This document shows, in pieces, positions 56,819 to 64,000 of a DNA stretch of 64,000 nt (position 1 is the first letter of the stretch; each line of letters opens with the position of its first letter). The notes below the pieces were generated by a model, which searched no databases, had not been told where the DNA came from, and saw only the letters and a list, made by a program, of their open reading frames with translations. Position numbers and translations under genes: made by a program. The stretch is taken from sequence record OP889247.1; one strand, 5' to 3'.

Positions 56819-59080
56819 ATGAATTCCACTGGTAACGATTTAGAATCCAATGACATCTTGGATTTTGAAGATAACTGTGAAAACTTAGATGTTTTAATGA
56901 ATGCTGATCAAGACTATTGGACTGATCGTCTTGGTAATAAACGCCCTACAATTGATTACGGTTTGCGTATGGCTGGGTTTACCCCTGCTGGGTTTGACTT
57001 CACCACAGGTGGTGTTTTAAAGAATGGTGACAGAAACAAGTGTGTATTTAACCAAGCTGATCAAACTTGGTATAGTTGGTCAGGAGATCTTCCTTATAAT
57101 GTAATTGCTGGAAGTACGCCTGGGGAAGGTTGGAAAGTAGTTGTTTATACAGCTGATTTTTTAAGTTTTATTAAACCAGTAACTTGGTCAGGATTTGCTG
57201 GTGGTGCTGACTCTAGCGGGAATAACGACTCCAGCAATTCATTTCAAGCGGCGGTGATGCAAACCAAGGGACAAAACGTTAACCCTTCTATATATAATTC
57301 AGTACCTACACCAGATGTTATAACATTAAGAATTCCTACTGGTAAATATAAAATAAATAAAAAGATTTCTCCCAAGGGTAAACTTGTAATATGGTTATGT
57401 GATAGCGGGGTAGAAATAGACAATCACGATAACCTGTGTGGTAAGATAATACAGAATGGGTTACGTCACAATGCTATAACATCTGGTATATTGGATAATG
57501 CGGTTGGGTTTTCTGTTTCCGTAAATAGGGGGCTCGGTAAACCTGCTGCAATACAGGGAATAACAGACCCTTCTAATTTGTCAAGCGTAACAGAACGTGA
57601 CGCAGTAGGCTTCTATGCCGATTGCGGTTCTAGGCCACCAAATATCACAGTCGCAATGTCTTCTTATACGGCGACTAAAGCTCTCCCTAATGTCCCTGTC
57701 GACACATCCAGTTTAGTTAGGGGTATGATTATAGATACCGACAATGGTTACGCTGGTGTAGTAGATCACTGGGCTGAAGATGGTAAGGAGATAACAGTTT
57801 CAAAGGGATGGTATAAAACACCCAGTAATACCGGTCCAGAAATACCCCCAAATGCCGGATTTAGAGTAAATGATATAACTAAGATTTGGGCTCATAACGC
57901 CAATTTAGAACTAGTAGAAAACGCTAATACCACTAGAGCAGCTGGTTTCGAACTCGGGCTTAGAAATTCTAAAAATAATTTCACGGATCCAGATAACACT
58001 ACCGACTATATGTGGGGTTATGATGTTGTTGGGTTTGGGCCTTATAACGCTACTGTTGGGTTTATTCAAAGAACAGGGGTGTTGCGTGGGTTTGAATCTT
58101 CAGGTGCTCTCAAAGAAGGGTATGTTGTCACCAAACGTGGCGGAGTGTTTCCGACCACAGCCATTGGTACTAGATGTAACTCTTTTGAACAATTAGCATT
58201 ACGTCCTAACGGTATTGATTCATGTTTTAAAGTCATTAACACTGGCGACGTAGATATAGGTGGACAAGTATACCCAGGAACCCGTTCAGTAAGAATGCGG
58301 TCAAGTGGGCTTAATAATGATTTTGATACAAGATTTCAATCGATAGGCGGCGGGGAAGGTTCCGGATTAGGTACATTTAGGGTATCTGCCAACTTTACAG
58401 AAGTTACTGGTGGTCTACGTCCAGTTACTACTAACGCTTCCCCGTGTGGAACATCCTCCAATGCATGGTCCGGCGGACACACACAAACTGCATTTATTGT
58501 AACTTCTGACGAGAATGAGAAAACGTCACCAGAAGAAATTACTGACGATATGCTTGATGCCGCCGGTGAAGTTGATTGGTGTTTATTCCAATATCTTGAT
58601 AGCGTAAAAATTAAAGGTGAAGATGGGGCAAGATGGCACTTTGGGGGTGTGGCTCAGCGCTTTGTTGAAGCATTTAAACGACACCATTTAGACCCGTTCA
58701 AATATGCTTTTATTTGTTATGATAAATGGGAAGATGAATATGAATTAGTACAAGTCAACGAGGGGGAGTGGCATTCAGAAATAGTCACCGTCGAGGAACC
58801 TGTTAGAACCGAGCGTGTTTTATACTGTGATGGAACTCCATTGTTAGATCAGAATGGTGAAAAATATAGTACTATAAGCACGAGTATCGTTAAGAAAGAA
58901 ATAGAAATTACAGTTCCCGATGAACCAGTGTTTGAAAAGGTATTGCGGGTCAAAGCTGGAGAAAGGTATGGGATACGGTACGATCAGGCGATCATTCTTA
59001 AACAGAAACAAATAGAAAGGGATCATAATCGTTTAATAAGTGCCTTAGAAGCTAGAATATCCGCTTTGGAAAATAAATAA
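56819..59080 (+). CDS. Tailspike TSP3 with C-terminal intramolecular chaperone (peptidase S74-like)
   Basis: Anchor plus Tail_spike_N-like module; IVT/SDENEK autocleavage-type site, RWHFGGVAQ, YGIRYDQ, terminal coiled coil. Confidence 0.85.
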   Translation: MNSTGNDLESNDILDFEDNCENLDVLMNADQDYWTDRLGNKRPTIDYGLRMAGFTPAGFDFTTGGVLKNGDRNKCVFNQADQTWYSWSGDLPYNVIAGSTPGEGWKVVVYTADFLSFIKPVTWSGFAGGADSSGNNDSSNSFQAAVMQTKGQNVNPSIYNSVPTPDVITLRIPTGKYKINKKISPKGKLVIWLCDSGVEIDNHDNLCGKIIQNGLRHNAITSGILDNAVGFSVSVNRGLGKPAAIQGITDPSNLSSVTERDAVGFYADCGSRPPNITVAMSSYTATKALPNVPVDTSSLVRGMIIDTDNGYAGVVDHWAEDGKEITVSKGWYKTPSNTGPEIPPNAGFRVNDITKIWAHNANLELVENANTTRAAGFELGLRNSKNNFTDPDNTTDYMWGYDVVGFGPYNATVGFIQRTGVLRGFESSGALKEGYVVTKRGGVFPTTAIGTRCNSFEQLALRPNGIDSCFKVINTGDVDIGGQVYPGTRSVRMRSSGLNNDFDTRFQSIGGGEGSGLGTFRVSANFTEVTGGLRPVTTNASPCGTSSNAWSGGHTQTAFIVTSDENEKTSPEEITDDMLDAAGEVDWCLFQYLDSVKIKGEDGARWHFGGVAQRFVEAFKRHHLDPFKYAFICYDKWEDEYELVQVNEGEWHSEIVTVEEPVRTERVLYCDGTPLLDQNGEKYSTISTSIVKKEIEITVPDEPVFEKVLRVKAGERYGIRYDQAIILKQKQIERDHNRLISALEARISALENK

Positions 59081-59481
59081 TGATTTTACAAAATTTCCTT
59101 TCTCACTATCAATACCAACCTGATCCAATTAAGAAAGACATTTGGACAATTCCTAACAAAGTTAACAATCAATATCTTGATGATTGCGATGGCTTTTGTT
59201 TAGGCATTCTTTACTATGTTCTTGCTAATAGCTCGCTTCTTACGTTCTGGTATTTGTTACTGTTTACAGACACTAGAATTTATTATGTGATTACTAGTAA
59301 AAACATTGGCCATGTGGTATTGAAACACAAAGGTCTTTATATTGACACTTATTCAAAAGCTTGGGTGAGTAAAGAACAGATGTTGTCTTATGGACATAAA
59401 TTCCATTGGTCTAAAATGTTCTTTTTCTGGCAAGTCGCTTTGAAGATGTTAATTGGTAAGATCTTAGTTAAAATGAAATAG
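59080..59481 (+). CDS. Transglutaminase-like cysteine protease candidate (BTLCP-like)
   Basis: DDCDGF...GHVVL...YID resembles the GDCEDY / GHAVL / D triad; TAATG-coupled to TSP3. Confidence 0.5.
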   Translation: MILQNFLSHYQYQPDPIKKDIWTIPNKVNNQYLDDCDGFCLGILYYVLANSSLLTFWYLLLFTDTRIYYVITSKNIGHVVLKHKGLYIDTYSKAWVSKEQMLSYGHKFHWSKMFFFWQVALKMLIGKILVKMK

Positions 59482-59492
59482 TAATAAATACT

Positions 59493-59522
59493 CTCTACTT
59501 CTCCAATTAAGGAGAAGTAGAG
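59493..59522 (+). terminator. Hairpin terminator of the same family
   Basis: CTCTACTTCTCC-aattaa-GGAGAAGTAGAG. Confidence 0.75.
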
Positions 59523-59580
59523 GGATTCTTTTATTGATTTTATGTACTTTAGTTTAACAGTAAAGAGAAGGTAAAGAATT

Positions 59581-61449
59581 ATGAGCTTTAACACAGGTAA
59601 CCCTATAGGGTCGATTTCGGAAGAAGATTGCTACGACAACATGGCTAATCTTGACCAAGCGATGAATAGCACCGATCCAACTTGGAGGGACAGGTTTGGA
59701 GTTGAGAAGCCTACTATTGACGCAGCTTTGAGATCCACAGGATTTATGCCAGCTGGATTTGATTTTGTAACTGGCGGAACACTTCAACCTGGAGATCGTA
59801 ATAAAGCTGTTTATAATCCGGCCCCAAATGGCGATAATAATTGGTATCGTTGGAATGGTGTATTCCCGAAAGATATTGCAGCTAACAGTCAACCTAATCC
59901 CAAAGATGAAAATAATTGGGTTCCAGTTCTAATTAAAACAGGAACTGTTGAAAGAGAAGCACTTCGTAGAACTTATCAGGAAGTTGGTTTAAATCTTGTT
60001 GATGGAAGTTTTGAAGAAGGTGGTACCTTACAATCAGCAACAGATGTTCTCTTGGAAGAAAAAACAGGTAAAGTTTATAGCTGGTCTGGTGTGTTTCCTA
60101 AAGTAGTTAATAAAGGAACTTTACCAACTAGCGAAGCTGAATTTGTTGATAAAGCTTTAGATTCACTGGCGGAGAATGTGGTTGGCGTTGATGGGAATGT
60201 TCCAACTACCATTCAAATAGTCACACATAGAGGGAGTACTCTATTTACCAAAACCACAGATGAGGCCAAACTGGGAGACGTCGTTATAGGAAACGTTGTA
60301 TATAGACTCTCACCATCTAATATTGAATCGTCGACTGGACTTTCAGACACCCCTATCAATGGAGGGTGTGGGTGGCGGCAGCTAATGCAGTTAGAAGAAA
60401 AGATGTTGAAATCCAGAGATGCACCATTACAAATAACCGTTGACGATATATCTACCAATAGGACTCTTAAAGCTTGGCGTCTAGCCGAAGGTATCTGTGA
60501 TCCAGCCGCAGCCGGGTCGTTTATGATGGGTTATGATTCTGAACCACAAACACAAGTAATAGGTTTTGACTCATACGATAAAATAGGAACTTACCAGGCT
60601 AGAGATTCTGTAGCATTATTTTCCCAAGTTCAAGGTCAGCTCCCAATAGCTCAAGGGTCATTTAACTATTCTGACACAAGTGTTACCGGCCCCGAAATCC
60701 AAGCACAATGGGAAAAAATAAAGGTAGGAATGATTTTTGATACCAATCTTGGTAACACCACCTTGTTCAAAGGGGCAGTTATCATAGATAAAGTCGATCC
60801 ATATACACTGATAGTTTCACCATGGACTGGAGCGAATGGAGGGGTGGTATCAGCACCAGCAAATGGTACCAAAGGTGTAATAAACCAGAGAACCCATTTA
60901 TGGGGATTGAATTCCAATACAATAGTTAATAATGGTGCCATCCAAGGAATTGGTTCTGAAATAGGAATGATGTGTTTAACTACCGGGAGTGGAACAAATT
61001 CCAAGGTTATTTATGCAGTAAATTTAGGTGGAGAAGCACCAGAATTTGGGTTTTTTGCTAAAGGACCTTTCAGAAAGGGATATACTGCTTTATCTTCGGA
61101 AGAATATGCATTTTACTCTAAGGGATTAGGGGGGGTTAACTCTTCACATTTCAGGGCTGTAAGCAGTACTGGGGAATTAGAATACGACTACGGTCCAAAT
61201 GGGGTAAGGTACGAAACGGTGGATTTCGCTTATTGTGGTGTTAGTGGGACTCTCACCACCAGACCACTTTCCATCGGGACCGGAAATAATCTTGTACTTT
61301 CCCTACCTACTGTAAAACCAGGAAGGAAATTGGCATATAAAAACGCTTCGGGCACCACACACACTGTAAACAATGTCACCGTACCATCTGGGGGGTATAT
61401 TGTGTTTGTTTGTGATGGAACAACTTGGTTAACAATGTTTAAAATATAA
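59581..61449 (+). CDS. Tailspike TSP4 with two tandem Tail_spike_N-like modules
   Basis: NPIGS anchor, module A (GFMPAGFDF) shared with TSP1 and TSP3, module B (REALRRTYQEVGL) shared with TSP2; body homologous to TSP3. Confidence 0.85.
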   Translation: MSFNTGNPIGSISEEDCYDNMANLDQAMNSTDPTWRDRFGVEKPTIDAALRSTGFMPAGFDFVTGGTLQPGDRNKAVYNPAPNGDNNWYRWNGVFPKDIAANSQPNPKDENNWVPVLIKTGTVEREALRRTYQEVGLNLVDGSFEEGGTLQSATDVLLEEKTGKVYSWSGVFPKVVNKGTLPTSEAEFVDKALDSLAENVVGVDGNVPTTIQIVTHRGSTLFTKTTDEAKLGDVVIGNVVYRLSPSNIESSTGLSDTPINGGCGWRQLMQLEEKMLKSRDAPLQITVDDISTNRTLKAWRLAEGICDPAAAGSFMMGYDSEPQTQVIGFDSYDKIGTYQARDSVALFSQVQGQLPIAQGSFNYSDTSVTGPEIQAQWEKIKVGMIFDTNLGNTTLFKGAVIIDKVDPYTLIVSPWTGANGGVVSAPANGTKGVINQRTHLWGLNSNTIVNNGAIQGIGSEIGMMCLTTGSGTNSKVIYAVNLGGEAPEFGFFAKGPFRKGYTALSSEEYAFYSKGLGGVNSSHFRAVSSTGELEYDYGPNGVRYETVDFAYCGVSGTLTTRPLSIGTGNNLVLSLPTVKPGRKLAYKNASGTTHTVNNVTVPSGGYIVFVCDGTTWLTMFKI

Positions 61450-61450
61450 T

Positions 61451-61501
61451 TTAATTAATTTAAACTCTACTTACTCCTAAGGAGTAAGTAGAGTTATTTT
61501 A
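61451..61501 (+). repeat. Conserved cassette-end element, copy C
   Basis: TTAATTAATTTAAACTCTACTTACTCC-taa-GGAGTAAGTAGAGTTATTTTA. Confidence 0.95.
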
Positions 61502-61678
61502 TATTCTTTATTTTATGTACTTTTTGAACAATAGTTTACATCGTTAACTATTGTAAAGTTAACAGAAAAGATAGTAAATAGTTTTGAAATATTAAATAGT
61601 TCTCAAACCTGTTGGTAATATTTTTTATTACTTATCTTACTATTTACTGTTATACTAGGCTTAAAGGATAATATTTAA

Positions 61679-61861
61679 ATGAATAAAGATCAAGCTTTTG
61701 CGGCGCAGCGTTTTCTTAGTCGTGTAGACCTTAAAGGTAGCGAGGTACCTGCCTTTATAGACGTAATGGACTCTTTAGAGGAAATTATTGTGTCACAATC
61801 TACTAAAAATACTCCTAATCCAGAAGATAAAACACCGGAGGTGGGTGTAAATGGAAATTAA
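61679..61861 (+). CDS. Small hypothetical protein
   Basis: 60 aa, SD AAGGA. Confidence 0.6.
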   Translation: MNKDQAFAAQRFLSRVDLKGSEVPAFIDVMDSLEEIIVSQSTKNTPNPEDKTPEVGVNGN

Positions 61862-62348
61862 ACCTAACTTAAGTTGTCTTTCTATAATTTTGAAAGATAA
61901 AAGATCAACATCAATATGGTTTAATGACAATTATTATTTAAAAAGTAATGAGTTAACAAGTGAAGAAATAATTTCCGCGATATTAAGTTCTAACACTATC
62001 CCAGTTTTTAATGAAATCCCCGATATACTGTTGTATTTTTCTTATTATGGAAAAACAATTAATGTGTCATGGGATGGGGTTAATGTTAATGTTTCGGGAA
62101 ATACGGAATTAAATAAAGAGATTGAGACTTGTCTAATTGACATCGGAAAGGGTTTAGTTTTATCCTACGATCCAAACATCATTACTGTTGATAGTTCTTT
62201 ATTAGAAGGTTCAATAGATTTCAAGAAGGGATTATCAATCCGTGATAATCCATACAAGAATAAAGAACAAATAAAAAATGATGACTGGATTTACGGCTGG
62301 GAACTTGCCAAATCTTTTAATCCAGATTCAATATTAAAATTTAATTAA
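61851..62348 (+). CDS. Hypothetical protein
   Basis: 165 aa, SD GGAGG, stop codon lies inside repeat copy D. Confidence 0.65.
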   Translation: MEIKPNLSCLSIILKDKRSTSIWFNDNYYLKSNELTSEEIISAILSSNTIPVFNEIPDILLYFSYYGKTINVSWDGVNVNVSGNTELNKEIETCLIDIGKGLVLSYDPNIITVDSSLLEGSIDFKKGLSIRDNPYKNKEQIKNDDWIYGWELAKSFNPDSILKFN

Positions 62349-62392
62349 TTTAAACTCTACTTACTCCTAAGGGAGTAAGTAGAGTTATTTTA
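62341..62392 (+). repeat. Conserved cassette-end element, copy D
   Basis: TTAATTAATTTAAACTCTACTTACTCC-taag-GGAGTAAGTAGAGTTATTTTA; holds the stop codons of both convergent genes. Confidence 0.95.
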
Positions 62393-64000
62393 CCTTTTCA
62401 TTTCGATATTAACAGTTGTATCCCAACTACGTTCGGTGTCTGTTAAAATCACCCTTAGTTGTGTTTTACCTATTTTACCAGTACTTCCAACATTTATTCT
62501 ATATTTACTGTTTTCTATTAATTTAATTTTACTATTAATAGTTGTGATAAACGTTGGATCAAAATCAACTCTTCCGATTTCTATGGCTTCAAGGGAAACA
62601 TCTGGTTCATTGTATTTATCCAACTTAACAGTAAAATCTATATCCGAATTCACATTTAGTACCGCTATTCCGTCAGATACTTTCGAAACTTTTGGAATAA
62701 CCGGATTTACCTCAATATTAGTTACGTCGGAACTCACGGTAACACCGCCCAAGTTTACACTTATAATAAATCCACCGTTACCACCCAGATGACTTAACAT
62801 TAAGTGTGATTGATAAATACCGTTTACGGGATCAATAAGTTCTATAAAGTTATCCGTCCCAATAATGGTCGGTAAATTATTTTCTCCATTCTCATAACCC
62901 ACACCTGCTGTTCTAGCATTGTAGATATAAGACCCAGTTTGATCTTTTAGTTTATACAAAATAACTTGCTTGGTACTAGCCGTAAAGTTCTTAGTTAGTA
63001 ATTCAACAGTTATCCCTGTAATGACCTTCCTTGTTACCTGTACTAATCCCCCTATTTCCTTCCTATATAAACTAACTCCATCTAATAATCTAACTTCCAA
63101 ATCTATTTCAGAAATATCAACTTCTCCCATAGAAACTGACTTAGTAGTTTCTAAAATTATTCCATCTGGTTCAATTGATTTAACTAAAACTTCTGAGGAA
63201 CTTAATTTTACATTTACAGTTATTCTAGGATCTGTTAACAAAACAAAATTTCCATTATAACTAACTGAAACATTAAGCTTTTTACTTAAGTACGATTCAA
63301 TACTAACCTTTCCGTCCATATTGACTTTCAACGGATAAGAAGGTTGGATATCACTGTTTACTAACAACTCACCGATATCATCAGGATTAATTCTATCATT
63401 GAACTTCAATACTGATGCCGTTGAGCCTTGTTCCACTAAACTATAACCAATAGTAATAAACTGTTCAGTTACTTTCTTCAGTGGATTAAAATTGATATTA
63501 GGATACAAAGTTGACAACTCAGGTTTATATCGAACCCTGGTATTTATCCGATCACGTTTATTGTAAACGCAAACATCAAATTCCCCAGTTTCCAATTCCC
63601 TTCCTTCCAAGTCTTTAGATTTAGGTAACAAAACCAAATCAGGTCCAGTGTAACCTAAAATCTCAAACTCCTGTTCCCAAGAGAAGTCCTTCTCAATCCC
63701 ATCTACCAAAACTTTAAATTTGAAATTAACTTTCTTATTAGTAGTTACACTTTCACCATCAACAACGATCCAAGTTTCCTGAATAGTCCAAGGATCAAAG
63801 CTCATTATTACTGGAGATGTTTCGCTGTCCTCAATAGTTACATCTCTAACTTTATCACTTGACTCATTACCATTAATATAAACTTGAAATGGTAAAGGTC
63901 CTTTCTGATAACGTTCAACAGATTTATTGAAACTATTCCTAGGTCTAAGATCTACGGTAGAAACTTTAATAACTTCTACATTTAACTTATCAGTTCTAGA
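62390..64000 (-). CDS. Beta-rich, probably Ig-like repeat virion protein; 5'-truncated by the window edge
   Basis: The frame is open from 64000 (SRTDKLNVEVIK...SPVIMSFDP), so ATG 63805 is probably internal; alternating hydrophobic beta-strand pattern. Confidence 0.6.
   Translation of the reverse strand, partial: SRTDKLNVEVIKVSTVDLRPRNSFNKSVERYQKGPLPFQVYINGNESSDKVRDVTIEDSETSPVIMSFDPWTIQETWIVVDGESVTTNKKVNFKFKVLVDGIEKDFSWEQEFEILGYTGPDLVLLPKSKDLEGRELETGEFDVCVYNKRDRINTRVRYKPELSTLYPNINFNPLKKVTEQFITIGYSLVEQGSTASVLKFNDRINPDDIGELLVNSDIQPSYPLKVNMDGKVSIESYLSKKLNVSVSYNGNFVLLTDPRITVNVKLSSSEVLVKSIEPDGIILETTKSVSMGEVDISEIDLEVRLLDGVSLYRKEIGGLVQVTRKVITGITVELLTKNFTASTKQVILYKLKDQTGSYIYNARTAGVGYENGENNLPTIIGTDNFIELIDPVNGIYQSHLMLSHLGGNGGFIISVNLGGVTVSSDVTNIEVNPVIPKVSKVSDGIAVLNVNSDIDFTVKLDKYNEPDVSLEAIEIGRVDFDPTFITTINSKIKLIENSKYRINVGSTGKIGKTQLRVILTDTERSWDTTVNIEMKR

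Noticed and set aside
44002-61449. Diversity-generating retroelement acting on tailspikes
   Set aside because: No reverse transcriptase and no template/variable repeat pair differing at adenines was seen
43943-62392. Cassette-end element as a CRISPR repeat or canonical integron attC
   Set aside because: Copies are separated by 0.8-12.7 kb of genes rather than short spacers; ends do not fit RYYYAAC/GTTRRRY; no integrase or cas gene in the window
1-64000. tRNA, rRNA, introns or inteins
   Set aside because: No T-loop or cloverleaf recognised; helicase, RNAP subunit and ligase have ordinary lengths and no intein motifs; not excluded without tRNAscan or Infernal
1-64000. Prophage within a bacterial chromosome
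   Set aside because: No host genes, integrase or repressor-Cro switch; gene content is that of a lytic phiKZ-like jumbo phage throughout

Overview
This window is a 64-kb slice of an AT-rich lytic jumbo phage genome of the phiKZ-like, nucleus-forming (Chimalliviridae) type. The host is probably enterobacterial, inferred from capsid codon bias and tailspike N-termini. The left third is the conserved core block: DnaB-like helicase, major capsid protein, non-virion RNAP beta-N subunit, portal, virion proteins, RuvC and an overlapped spanin pair. The middle holds four paralogous tail proteins, a baseplate spike, an SbcC ATPase, a signal-peptide lytic transglycosylase, NAD-dependent ligase, RNase H and many small unknown genes. 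The right part holds an HNH endonuclease and an array of tailspike/depolymerase genes; a fourth tailspike sits alone, inverted, at 44-46 kb. Most notable observations: (1) a near-identical 51-52 bp palindromic element closes three of the four tailspike genes and one accessory cassette, and together with shared 5' headers and N-terminal modules it suggests a repeat-anchored receptor-binding-protein cassette exchange system; (2) a 262-bp inverted repeat, formed by the 5' ends of two head-protein paralogs, brackets the 12.4-kb helicase-capsid-RNAP block, which could therefore invert; (3) a strict 24-residue repeat lies inside a tail protein; (4) an apparently secreted transglycosylase lies behind an early-type promoter motif; (5) a transglutaminase-like protease is coupled to a tailspike. 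Family assignments rest on motifs and remembered gene order, not on database searches. No tRNA, rRNA, CRISPR array or integrase was seen.
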